A stretch of DNA of 64,000 nucleotides, taken from the NCBI RefSeq assembly GCF_963921235.1, contig NC_086097.1, positions 43,774,001 to 43,838,000 on the forward strand, given 5' to 3'. The stretch comes from Mobula hypostoma (lineage: Eukaryota). The position numbers and the translations under genes are program-made. The notes under the pieces were generated by a model. That model saw only the letters and a list, made by a program, of their open reading frames with translations, was not told the DNA's origin and did no database searches. Shown piece by piece: positions 12,091 through 24,807 of this stretch. Position 1 is the stretch's first letter; every line of letters starts with the position of its first letter.

Positions 12091-15000
12091 TCATTGGTGC
12101 CGATGAGGACCTTTATAAAACAGAAGTCATGTTGTTTGCGTTTAAAGTCATTTATATTTTGCTGTTTGGCAAAAGTACAATGTTTAGTAATTGGGTATTT
12201 GAAAATAAAGCAATATGCGTTTGTATAGGGACTGCATACATTTGCAAGGAGCTTTGTTAAGTAAAATTTGACAACAACCCACATAAGGAGATACTGGCTG
12301 GATTTCAGGAGACTTTGGTGCAAGGTTCCCATATGTTGACAACGATTGCCAGCCAAAGTACTTTATGTTGGATACAGAGGGCTTTCTGGCCCCTAGGCAG
12401 AATTGTGAACTGCTTTCATCCTTGATCTGCCTGGCTTGATGCAGTTTTTACAATAATTTTCAGCAGTTGTTACCCTCACTATAATAGCTTTGTTAACAAC
12501 ATCAGTCAGCACCAATACCCTCAGCTGGTGACAGTATCTTCTGAAATTGCATCCCTTTAATATGTGCCAATGCACTGATCAAAATGATTGACAACGTGCT
12601 GAAAAAAACAATTTATAAAAAAAAGTTACAGACAACTTTATAAATATTTTCTAATCTTCAAATGCATTTTGCCAACAAAAGGTTCTGCTGCATTTAAAAC
12701 AAAACAGAAAATGCTGGAAACATTGCAGGTCAAGCAGCATTTTTGGAATGAAAATAAAAGTTAATATGTTATGATTTCTGATCTCTAGTATCTGCTTTTT
12801 TTTTTGCTTTTCATTTGCTGCACCTCTGGTTACAACATAAATGCTGAAAGGTGGTGTCTCGAGTTATCTTGTAAAAAAAATAGGTTTTTAAAATTTTATT
12901 TAATTTACCTTCTGACACTCCAAGGTTTTTATACCAATAAGGTACAAGTCAAGAACATGATGGAATACTCTCTACTTGCCTGGATGAGGGCAGCTGTAAC
13001 GACGCTGCAAGGGAGCTGGCATAATGGAATAAGGGAAGGTAACATTTAATATGTGTGCCAGCGGGTAGGTTAGTAAATGTATTTAGACCTGGGTCACATA
13101 AACAAGAGAAATTTGATGGATGTAGGGTTGGTATAGGGACCGAAGAGAGAACAGATGTAAAATAGGATCAAGTCTATGGGATGGAGTACTATATGAAGAT
13201 TAGATTTAGCTTAGTGGTAATGTTACCCTGGCACTCAAATGATTGAGCAGTGACCTAATAAAGGTCTTTTGGATTATCAAGGGTTACTTAGGTAAGTCGT
13301 TTTTTATTGGCTGATCAGAAAGTAATGAGAGGGCACACACTTAAAGATGATTATGAAGGAATTAGAGAGGTTAGACAGGTTGAGAGGTTATCTGCCACAA
13401 ACTGTTGATGAAATAACATTTATTGGATGGATGTTGTAATCCTCATTTGTGATGAGGTATCTTGTCTGCCATGAAAAAAAAAGCATTAGAAAATTATGGG
13501 TTGACTGTTCTGTTAGTCATTGTAGAGGGTGAGCATTAAAAAAAATTAGTCTTCCTAAGAAATTAGTGTTAAAAGAATGAATATTAGCACAGTTGATGAG
13601 GCTAAATGACTTGGGATAAAAAGTATGGCCAAAAGAAATGTATACAGTCTTTTACTGTGTTTTAAGGTTCTATGATTATAGACTGCAAAAAGAAAATCCA
13701 TCATTATTTATCTGTTTAAGAGATCAATGGACAATTCACCAGACCAATTTTCTTCCCAGAAGTAGTACTTTACTTTTTTTTAACATGGAGTCTAGAAAAC
13801 ATGGATACATGGAAAAAGCTGTAAGTTCTCAGTAAGGTATTCAAAAGACAGATAAAGTTAAATGAGTTAAACTGAAGTTCTCTTGTATGTAAATAGGTTC
13901 GGCATAAGTTTTTCTGCACAAGCACTGCCATATAGTGGGTAGATTATGTATTGCATTGACTGACCACTGTTGTCAAACACCTGTTTTCATCATTGGTATA
14001 CTAAACCTAATCTTTTTCTGATTAATTAAATCTAGTGATTACATTAAATTTATTATTGCATTATTTAGCTAATAGGTGTATACTATATTATTCTACCATA
14101 TATAAATATGGCTATACTTAGAAGGTCAATTACCATACTCAGTTTACAAGATATATAAAAAATACAGGTCAGAGGTTAACTAGTATATAGAATGTTAACC
14201 TTGATGAGAAAAAGATTTTTAAAATTAAATGAACAGATGCAGAAGCAATGCACAGAGATGATCTTGCACTAAAATAAAAAGTAAAATGAAAGAAAGAAGT
14301 TATTAAGTGAAGCGAGATTGGAAGTCCTGAATATCAAAAGAAGAGGAAAGAATTAAGGACTTGGTGCAATCTACTGTTCTGAAGTCACAGGAAGAAGTAA
14401 ACTACAAATAATAAAGTTATGGATGACACAGGAGATGGAGGGAAGAGAAAGACTGCACAATTAGAATGTTGAAGGAGCAAGTAAATTTATTTCAAGAGTG
14501 TACTGACTAATGCATTACGAACAAAATAGAACATGATGGGGAGAGAACTTTTTGACCCTACAGGAATACCAAGTTTTCTTATATCCTGGAAATATATATA
14601 TGCAAGAGAACTCTTCAAACCTTTTCTACAAGGAATACTGCTGTCTTGCACTAATGAGCTTGAATCATCAGAGAGTCATAGAGACTTATCAGTACAGACT
14701 GAACTGCTGTCAGATCCAATCTCACCTACCTCCTCTTGACTGGTAGAATTTAAGTTACAATACTTCAAGTGCATGTTCATTTATTTCTTAAATTTGTATA
14801 TCTACTTTCCTTTCAGCCAGTTATTTACATATCTCTTCAGTCATCTGAATGAAAAAATAGTATACACATCTCCCTTAATCCTTCCATCAATTATATTAAA
14901 ATTTTCACCTCAATTAATGACCTCTCAGCTAAAAGGAATGGGTTCTTCCCATTCCTTCAAGCAAGATACATAATTTTGTACATCTCATTTTAACCTACAT

Positions 15001-15239
15001 TCGGCAATTTGATCCAAAGGAAATACTCTGAGCTTAATTTCTCATAAGTAACATTCACCAGTCTTGGCAACATGCATGCAAGTGTCTTCTAAGCCTTTCC
15101 TACGTTCTTATTATAATGAGGTGGTTTGAAACGTATGCAGTTTCCATCTCTGGGATAAATAGATTTTTAACATAAATCTATCATTCTCCACTGTTACAGC
15201 TATGTTCCTCACTATCAGTCTCATAGCTAATTTTTATTT

Positions 15240-15465
15240 CAAGATACAGCATGGTAACAGGTCCTTCCTGCCCAATGAGCCCTCACTGCCCATTTACACC
15301 TACTGATCTGTACGGCTTTGGAATGTGGGAGGAAATCAGAGCACCTGGAGGAAACCCAAGTGGTCACAGGCAGAACAAACTCCTTACAGATGGTGGCAGG
15401 AATTGAACCTGGCTCACTGGAGCTGTAACAGCATTATGCTAACCTCTCTGTTACTGTGCTACCAT
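15240..15465 (-). mobile_element. tRNA-derived V-SINE (HE1-like), degenerate
   Basis: Reverse complement of the V-domain: TGTGGGAGGAAATCAGAGCACCTGGAGGAAACCCA. Confidence 0.6.
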
Positions 15466-18460
15466 TATTTTCAGGGAGGCTACCTTTGTATTTTCTACAG
15501 GCTCTGAAAAGCGTTTAATTTCTTGGTCTTTATATACTTATAAAGCACATTTGGGCTTTCCTACCCGTTACACAAAATCTTCTCATGTTTTCTCTCATCT
15601 CTTGCAATTTCCTGTTTTATTTCATGTTTGCACTTTTTATATTTCTCCAGAGTTTTGTAATATTGAGCTTTTGCAGAAAGCTTAACTCACTCTTGTTTTA
15701 TCCAACTATCTGTTCCTGACTATCCAGGCAGCTCAAGATTTGATAGTTCCTATATTTTCATAAGGGGAACATATTTATGAACCATTACTAATTCTTTGAA
15801 TGTCTTCCCACTGCTTTAAGTTGGTTTAACTTTAAGTAGTTGTTTTCATTTTACTTTTGTTACATCACATCTCCGGTTCAGAATGTCAAATTCATCAAAT
15901 ACAGGATGTGGATTCACCCTAAAAGCAATGTAAGTAACGTGCTTTTACTTGCCTTTGTCCCTCACTCCACATGATCTTTTGAGAGCAGATTTGTGACAAG
16001 AATTCTCTAAAATCAAATTCAACAATTGCTTCCAATAAGCTGAAATATAGAAAGGTGCCTCTCTTCCCCTACTACTAAAACTTACTTAGATGCTTGCCCA
16101 GGATTTGGATGCAATCTCACTTTATAGAATCAAACATTATCAAGAATTGGAATTCCCCTCAATCAGGAATATGCCTTGTGAAGTTGATTGGAATTTAGAA
16201 TCTCTATTTGAACACTTTCTCCCTCTTCGCTGCGCATCTAGTGAAAGCATCAAACTTTAATTCCCTTCACCCATCGTCCTCCCTAATACCCTTCTCTATT
16301 TTCTCCTTCAGCTGTTTCCCTTCTATTTATCCCTTCTTTGCCTCTTGATGTCTCCTTTGTATCACCATTTTCTGCTATTTTTAACACTCCTTTATTCTTT
16401 CTCTCCCTTCTCTCTTCCTCTCCTCCTTTATCACTTTCTTTGCTCTCCCATATATGAACAGCTTTGAGCACTATTCTTAGTTATTCTGATTATTTCGAAG
16501 TTTAGTAATTATGTACCCATAAGTTAAAAGCAGCATTAAGATCAAATTTCCAGTGTACCTCTTGATGGTAAAGAAGAAATCTGTAAGGGAAGGAAGAATA
16601 ATTAAATACAAATGGAAAAACGAATGAGTCAGTTATTATGAGTCTGATGTACCAGCAGTAGGTGGAACTATTATTCATAGCTGCTTTTAAGATCCTGAAA
16701 ATCATTACTGTCAGTGAATAGTTTTATATAAAAGTGGTAGACAGTATTAGGACTCATAAATGTCACATTATCTTCGTAATTTACTTGGCTGAGAACTGAG
16801 AAAAGCAATTACGTGGTCCTTTCTCTTCTGCTCTATTCACATAAAATTTTTTAATGCCCAACAGTATTATACTGATTTAGAGCTTGAACAGGCAATCACT
16901 TCTCTGACCTCTTGCACTCCCATCTGTAGTTAGACGCCCACAGCTGTGTGAAAATGGCTGAAGTGACCAGACCATCAGTCTTCTCTTCCTTGTTATAATC
17001 TACATTATACCTATACTCTGTGGAAAGTTTCTCCTGTAAATACAATAGTGACACAATGAAGTAAAATGTATGTTTAATTGTATTTATATTTAATAAAACT
17101 CAGATTATATCATTTTACATTGACTTATAGCAGCAGAAGCTGCTCTGATGGTATTTCTATCCATGGATAACCCACATCCTTACTGAACTAATCAATGATA
17201 TTCTAAAGAAAAGATTAACTTTATTTGTCAACTGTACATTGAAACATCAAAACATATGGTGAATTGCATTGCTTCACGTCAATGGCCAACTCAGTACAAA
17301 GATTGAGCTACGAGTTTCACCACATGTCTGGTGCCAACAACTAGAGCACCCAGAGGAAACCCATGCAATCAAGGGAGAACACACAAATTCCATACAGACA
17401 GCAGTGGAAATCAAACCCTGAATAGTGACTGCTGGCATCATTAAATGATTGCGCTAACCACTACGCTATGGTGCCACATTAGGAGTTATTGTCTAGATAC
17501 TTGAAAACTAATTAGGGCAAAAAGTGAAAACAGGAGCCACAGATGCTGAAAATCGGAAATACAAGCAGAGGATGCTGGAAATACTGAACAGCAGCCGTGG
17601 GGCAAAAATCACGGTTAGTATCTTAGGTTGATAACCATCTGCTGAAAGGTCGGTGACCTAAAATGTTAATTTAGTTTCGACCTTCACTAGTGCTGCCTGA
17701 CTTGGTGAGTTCTTCAAGCATTTTGTACGAGTTGCTTAACAGAATAAACTTGGTACATTATTTTGAATCTCTGACCTTGAATTTGGCTGCCTGACTAAAC
17801 TGCACCCTGTCACCCAGTATTTTTTTTCTCTTTATTATCTGTAAAGAAGCACAATATCAGACAGTTTGTTGAAACATTTTATTGAACAGTACAACAACCT
17901 TCCACATACGTACCTTTAGAAGAATCCTGATTAGTTGCATTGTGGTCTAGTACAACAATTCAAATGCACAGCAACCCAAGAAGTTGCAGAGAGTAGTGAA
18001 CTCTGCCCAATATATCATGGGCACATCCCTTCCCTCTACTGGTAGTATCTACAGGAAGTGGTACCTCAAGAAGGCACCATCAATCATCAAAGATTGTCAC
18101 CATCCAGGGCATACCATCTTCTCATAGGTACCATCAGGTAGGAGGTAGAGACTCATGAAGTCCAAAAACACCAGAATCAAGAACAGCTACTTCCTATGAA
18201 CCATTCAGTTCCTGAACCAACAATGTCACTGCAGTTGAGAAATACTATGACCACTTTGATCACTTTGCACCAAATTGGACTTGGGTTTTTTTTTGTTTAA
18301 TGTTCTTGTAAAAGCTGTGTATTATTGTAAATAATGATTCATTTACACTTATATTCCTTATATGTTTCTTGTGAGTATGGTTTATATGATGCCATGCATC
18401 TGCGATGCTGCTGAAAGTATGTTTTTCATTGTATTTGTACAACATATACTTGTGTTACAT

Positions 18461-18886
18461 TTATCCAGTTATGTTATATGGTTCAGAATGTTGGACAATA
18501 TCTAGTAACATGAGGAAACGAATTGTAGCAGCGGAGATGTGGTTTTTGAGGAGGATGCAAAGAATATCATGGATAAAATGAACATCTAATGAGGATGTCA
18601 TGAACAGAGCAAACACAAAAAGAGAAATAATGTATGAGATCATGAAAAGGCAATGTAACTTAGTTGGACATGTGATTAGGAAAGAGGAGGTAGAATGCAC
18701 GGTAATTATGGGAAAGATTGAAGGGAAGAAAGCAAGAGGAAGACAAAGACAAATGATGATGGAGACAGCAGCCAGAGAACTGGAAATGAATACCAATGAA
18801 TTGATCCACTTGACCCGAAACAGGAGTGTGTGGGCCATGGCGGTCAAAGCTTAAACTGGGCATGGCACCTGATGATGGTGATGATA
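18461..18886 (+). mobile_element. RTE LINE 3' fragment
   Basis: YPVMLYGSECWTI, EMWFLRRM, GHVIRKEEVECTVIMGKIEGKKARGRQR; (GAT)n tail. Confidence 0.85.
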
Positions 18887-18919
18887 CTTGTGTATTTGGC
18901 AGTAACCTTAAAGATAGCA

Positions 18920-19295
18920 GAAACAAGAGAAAATCTCCAGATGCTGGAAATCCGAGCAACATGCACAAAATGCTGGAGGAACTCAGCAGGCCAGGCAGCA
19001 TCTATGGAAAAAAGTACAGTCGACAGTTCAGGCTGAAGCCCTTTGGCAGGACTGGAGAAAAAAAGCTGAGGAGTAGATTTAAAAGGTGGGGGAAGGGGAG
19101 AGAGAACCACAGGTGATAGGTGAAACCTGGGGGGGGGGGAGGGGATGAAGTAAAGAGCTGGGAAGTTGATTGGTGAAAGAGACAGAAGGCCATGAAAGAA
19201 AGAACCACCCCCTTCTCCATTTCCCATCCCTTTTTCCCTCTCTCACCTCATCTCCTTGCCTGCTCATCACCTCCTACTGGTGCTCCTTCCTCCTT
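18920..19295 (-). mobile_element. Penelope-like element 3' fragment (older subfamily)
   Basis: Shared terminal sequence TGCTGGAGGAACTCAGCAGGCCAGGCAGCATC and purine-rich body. Confidence 0.7.
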
Positions 19296-20431
19296 CAGAG
19301 AAAATCTATGAAGATACTGCCACGATTGGAAAATGAAGGGCTATGAGAAAATATAGAATAAGTTAAGATTTTTTATTTTGGAACAGAGGAGGATGAAGGG
19401 AGACTTAATTGAGAAATTTAAAATAATGAAGGCCTAAATAAAGTAAAATGAAGACCTTGTTTTCCTTAACAGAAGAGCCAAAGTAAAAACTGGAGGGAAA
19501 AATGTTAAAAGTAATTGATAGGATTGGAGGGGAGATGAAGAAGCTTTTTTTCACCCAGATAGTGGGACAAATCTGGAGCTCATTCCATAAAAGATTGTGG
19601 CAGAAGGCCTCATAGCATTGACACAGTGATTGGAAGTGCTGTGTCCTACCAAATGGTGAAAGTGGGATTAGGTTAGGGAGTTGCTCTTTAATTTATACCA
19701 GTGTGATACACTGAGTGGCCTTCTGTGTCAGAAATGTTATAAAATACCATGTTTCTATTTCTATGCCTTAGCATCTAGATTTGGTCATTGGGCATTAGCA
19801 AGAGATAATTCCCTCATTCAAGACGAGTTGTGTTTATTGGCATGTGCACAACTCCAGTGAGGTACTGTGCACTGAAAAAGTTGCTTGCAGCAGTATCACT
19901 GGCATGTAGGTACCTCACCTTCATCAATTCACCTGCTGCGGATGTCTGTCAATGATGATTATGGTAAGAATGATCTTTGCATAGTCCTTGAACATCCGGC
20001 TTCACTAGGAGGACACATTATCAATTTGTCTTCACTACCATTTAGCTAAATAGGACAGATTTACAACAGTCTGGGAGCTCTAAATAGACAACCGTGAGGC
20101 CACCATGAATAATCATCAGCATTAGAGCTGTGTTCCACTGCAGTCTCACAGCCCAGTATATCCCATACTCTAACTTTGTTGTTAAGCTCGGGATCAAAGT
20201 GAACGACAGCAGCAGAAGTCAATATTCTCTCCTACTAAGAGAACACTGTTTTCTTGTTTGAACTCAGTAGCATATTCAGTCTACTAAAGTCCATTTTCTC
20301 CTTCTCAAGAAATGAGTTCAGGTATTGGTGTTGCAGTTAGTTGTCCGAAATGTGATCCTGACTGATAGTCACACTGCTTATAGATTGCAACTACTTAACA
20401 GCACCATGAATTGAAATAAGGTGATAATTTT

Positions 20432-20655
20432 AGCAACACACATAAAAGTTGCTGGTGAACGCAGCAGGCCAGGCAGCATCTCTAGGAAGAGGTGCAGTCG
20501 ACGTTTCAGGCCGAGACCCTTTGTCAGGAAACGACGGCCTGAAGCGTCGACTGCACCTCTTCATAGAGATGCTGCCTGGCCTGCTGCGTTCACCAGCAAC
20601 TTTTGTGTGTGTTGCTTGAATTTCCAGAATCTGCAGAATTCCTGTTGTTTGCGTT
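20432..20655 (+). mobile_element. Penelope-derived fold-back element
   Basis: Inverted arms plus 39-nt tail; 13-bp direct repeat TGATAATTTTAGC at 20422-20434 and 20656-20668. Confidence 0.82.
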
Positions 20656-21159
20656 TGATAATTTTAGCGGCAATTTGGTTGTAACATGATTCATTTCATG
20701 AGTATAATCTATTTGAGGGTAGCAAAATCTAGCTTGTTCTATTCAGAAAATAAGAGACCTGAGGGTGGCCCTATCATGGCACAAGTGGAGGCCATGGATG
20801 GGAATTAAAATGTTGGGCCACCAGGAAGTTCCGCTTGTGGTGGATTGAAGTGGATTGTGGTGCTCGACCTCTACTCCACATCATTAATGATGCTCAATAT
20901 CATTAAAGCTTGCTTTGTGTCCCCATGCTAAACTTACCAAGCTGGCATAGTACTCAGTTATATGTATAATCTAACAATGCAATGATTACAATGTTGGTAT
21001 GAATACATAAAAGTCTGTGTACATTGAATTTTAAGACAAGTTATTCTCGCTTACACCTGACAGATGGGCAAAATCAAGAAAAAGGTATATTGGTTCAAAC
21101 AATGAATAAGCTTTTCTGGGGATTCCAGCTGAGAAGCCTGAGAAAAGTTTATTTGTCAT

Positions 21160-22200
21160 ATTTTTTTAAACAAAATATACTTTATTCAAAAATAAAATTA
21201 TGTACAATAAACCATTCAATGACTGTCGATCCTTTACAGATATTTCCATTATGGTTTATTCATTTCCACACTTTTAGCCACCACATGGCGCTCTGTTGTT
21301 TCACCTTTCCACACCATTGTTGAGGGGTATACGCCCTGCCACCCGACCCCTCCCACTCCTGTGTGAGAAGAACCCTAAACTGTGGTCCTTTCCCACCGGA
21401 CCCTTGCGGTGGCTGCACCAAGTTTCAGTGCGTCCCTCAGCAGGTACTCCTGCAGCCGAGAATGTGCCAGTCGGCAGCATTCTCCCACGGACACCTCCAT
21501 GTGCTGGCAGTCCATCAAGTTTCGGGCTGACCAAAGAGTGTCTTTCACTGAGTTGGTGATCTGCCAGCAGCACTGGATGTTAGTCTCCGTGTGCGTCCCT
21601 GGGAACAGCCCATAGATCAGAGAGTCCTCTGTTACGCAACTGCTGGGGATAAAACGTGACACTAGCCCGTCCATCCTCCTCCACACCTTCTCTGCGAACT
21701 CACCGTGTGCAAAGAGGTGGGTCACAGACTCCTCCTCACTGCAGTCCTCCCGCGGACAGTGGGGTGTGGAGACGACGTTCCAGGCGTACAGGAGGGATCT
21801 GACTGGGAGGACCCCTCTCACCGCCAGCCAGGTGGGGTCCTGGTGCCTGTTGGTGAGGTCTGGCAATGAGGCATTTTGCCAGATGAACTGGACGGTCTGC
21901 TCAGGGAACCACCCCACTGTGTCCATCACGTCCTTCTCCTGCAGTGCCTACAGGACAGTACGTGCCGACCACTGCCTGATGGCCCTGTGGTCAAAAGCAT
22001 TGTCCTGGAAGAACTTTTCTACAAAGGACAGGTATGGCGGCAATGACCAGCTGACTGGGGCGTTGCATGGGAGTGGGGCCAGACCCATCCTTCGCAGCCA
22101 GGGCGACAGGTAGAATCTGGGCACATAGTGGTACTTGGTGCCCACATATCTGGGTTCCACACACAACCTGATGCAGCCACACACGAAGCTAGTCATCAGC
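21160..22200 (-). mobile_element. Tx1/L1-clade LINE 3' fragment
   Basis: C-terminal zinc-binding region WLAVRGVLPVR...CPREDCSEEESVTHLFAH.EFAEKVW...KDTLWSARN; AATAAA and A-rich tail near 21160-21190. Confidence 0.8.
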
Positions 22201-22614
22201 GTACGCCAAGAAAACACTAGATCTGTTCTAACTGTATGTTAAGGAAGATGATTACAGCTTGGAACTATTTTCCCTGGGTTGCACATTCCAGTTGTACCAT
22301 GGCAAATTCAAAAAATTCCTCACTTTAAATCCTCAACACTGAATACTGACACCATTTGGACTTACCAGAACCTAGGACAAACAAGTCAAAAACATTCACA
22401 AATTAAATTAATTATAATGCATTAACTTGTGGGAGGATTCACAGAAACCCATAGCCTCAGGTAAGTAATTGTGTTGACAGGTTCTGCCTTCCCACATTGA
22501 AAAGAAAACACAAAAAAAATTAACTGGCTCATCTGTCTGGACTTTCTATCAAGTAAGCTTATCCTAAATATTACCTTTTTTTTCCTATTTCTGATCCATT
22601 TCTTAACTTAGCTC

Positions 22615-23155
22615 GATCACATTATTCCATTCTGACATGTCAATCCATGGCCTCATCTTGTGTCACAATGAGGCAGCTCTTAGGGTGGAGAAGCAACACC
22701 TCATATTCTGCCTGGGTAGTTTCCAACCTGATGGCATGAATATTGATTTCTCCTTCCAGTAACATTTTCTTTCCCTTTCCCTTCTCTCTTCTTTTTTCTC
22801 CCCCCCCCCCCCAACTCTGGCTACTTACTTCTTCTCACCAGCCTATCACCTCCCTCCTGGTGCCCCTCCTCCTTCCCTTTCTCCCGTGATCCACTCTCTC
22901 CTGTCAGATTCCTTCCTCTCCAGCCCTTTATCTTTCCCACTCACCTGGCTTCACCTATCACCTTCTAGCTATCCTCCTCCCACTCCCCCAGCCACACCTT
23001 TTTATTCTAGCATCCTCCCACTTCCTTTCCAGTCCTGAAGAAGGATGTTGGCCCGATACGTTGACTGTCTCTTCATTTCCATGGATGCTACTGATCTGCT
23101 GAATCTGTGTATGTTGCTTTAGATTTCTAGCACTTGCAGAATTTCTTATGTTTAA
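22615..23155 (+). mobile_element. Degenerate Penelope-like element 3' part
   Basis: Decayed EKQHLIFCLGSFQPDGMNIDFS-coding sequence and the family's terminal repeat. Confidence 0.75.
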
Positions 23156-23534
23156 ATTCCATCTGTCATTACTCTACCCAATTTTCCGATTGTTCTATAT
23201 TCTGCTGTAGTCTTAGGCAACATTCCTTCTTATGCACATCACCACCTTCATGCCATCTTCAAGTCTACTAATTATAACTCCTACATTCACATCTGAGTCA
23301 TTAATGTATATCAAAATAATAGGGAACAAAGCAATAATCCCTCAGTAGTCCACAGGACAGACAGCCTTAGAGCGGTTGGGCAGTCAATAGTTACACCACT
23401 ACCTTTTGCCTTCCATACTAGGCCTATTTTCGATGCAATTAATCATCTCGCCTTAACCTTCAGGACTAGTCTCACATGCAAGACATTGTTAAATACCTTA
23501 CTTCTGACCTGCCTTCACCAATCTTCTTAGTTAA

Positions 23535-24025
23535 AGTGGAAACCATAGAAAGAGTGCAGAGGAGATTTACAAGGATACCGCCTGGATTAGGGAGCATGCC
23601 TTATGAGAATAGGTTAAGCCTTTTCTTCTTGGAGCGATGGAGGATGAGAGGTGACCTGATAGACGTGTACAAGATAATGAGAGCCATCGATTGTGTGGAT
23701 AGTTAGAGGCTTTTTCCCAGGGCTGAAATGGCTAGTGCGAGAGGGCACAGTTTTAAGGTGTTTGGAAGTAGGTACAGAGGAGATGTTAGGGGTAAGTTTT
23801 TTTTTTGAAAACAGAGTGGTGAGTGTGTGGAATGGGCTGCTGGTGGCAGTGGTGGAGGCGGAAATGACAGGGTCTTTTAAGAGACTCCTGGATGGGTACA
23901 TGGAGCTTAGAAAAATAGAGGGCTATGAGTAAGCCTAGGTAGTTCTAAGGTGAGGATGTGTTCAGCAAAGCTTTATGAGTTGAAGGGTCTATTTTGTGCT
24001 GTAGGCTTTCTATGTTTCTATGTTT
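23535..24025 (+). mobile_element. CR1 LINE 3' fragment
   Basis: IERVQRRFTRI.PGL...MRGDLIDVYKIMR; (TTTCTATG)n tail. Confidence 0.88.
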
Positions 24026-24807
24026 TAACTCCTCATTCAAAATAGTGAGGCAGGATTTCCCCACATAAAGCCAATCCTCGCCAGTCCTGATCAGCCCCCC
24101 TTTCCAAATGTACATAGGTCTTATCCTTTTCAATTACGTTCAGTAATTTCCCTACCATTGATTAGATCAGCTTTATTTGTCACACGTACATCGAAATATT
24201 CAAACATGCACTAACATAGCTTGTTTCCATGAACAGCCAATACAGTCTGAGGATGTGCTGGGAAAAGACCACAAGTGTTGCTATTCTTCCAGTGCCAACA
24301 TAGCATGTCCACAACTTACTAACCAATATTTCTTTGGACTGTGGAATGAATGTGGAGCACCTGAGGAAACTCATACTGTCAAGGGAAGAATGTACTAAGT
24401 CCTTACAAACAGTAGTGGGAATTAAACCCGATTGCTGGCGCTGAAAAGCATTACACTAGCCACTGTGCTGCTCAATTGCTGTAAGCTTCACTGTTCTGTG
24501 GCTTATATCTGCTTCCTTTCCTAAATAAGGGAACCATGTTAGCTATTGTCCAGGCATACGACACTTCAACTGTTGTTAACTAAGATGCAGAAGTCTCCAT
24601 AAGGAGACTTTATATTCTAGCATCTTTCTCCTTCCCTTCCAGTCCTAACGAAGTTTCTCAGCACGAAACGTCAACTGTTTATTCATTTCTATACATGCTG
24701 CCTGACCTGGTGAGTTCCTCCAGCATTTTGTGTGTGTTGTTCATATAATTCATATTCTCAGTATTATTTTTATTTGCAGTTTGTCTTCTTTTGCACATTG
24801 GCTGTTT

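Noticed and set aside
14250..14740. Purine-rich, coding-looking stretch
   Set aside because: Stops in the candidate frames, no recognisable domain and no convincing splice sites.
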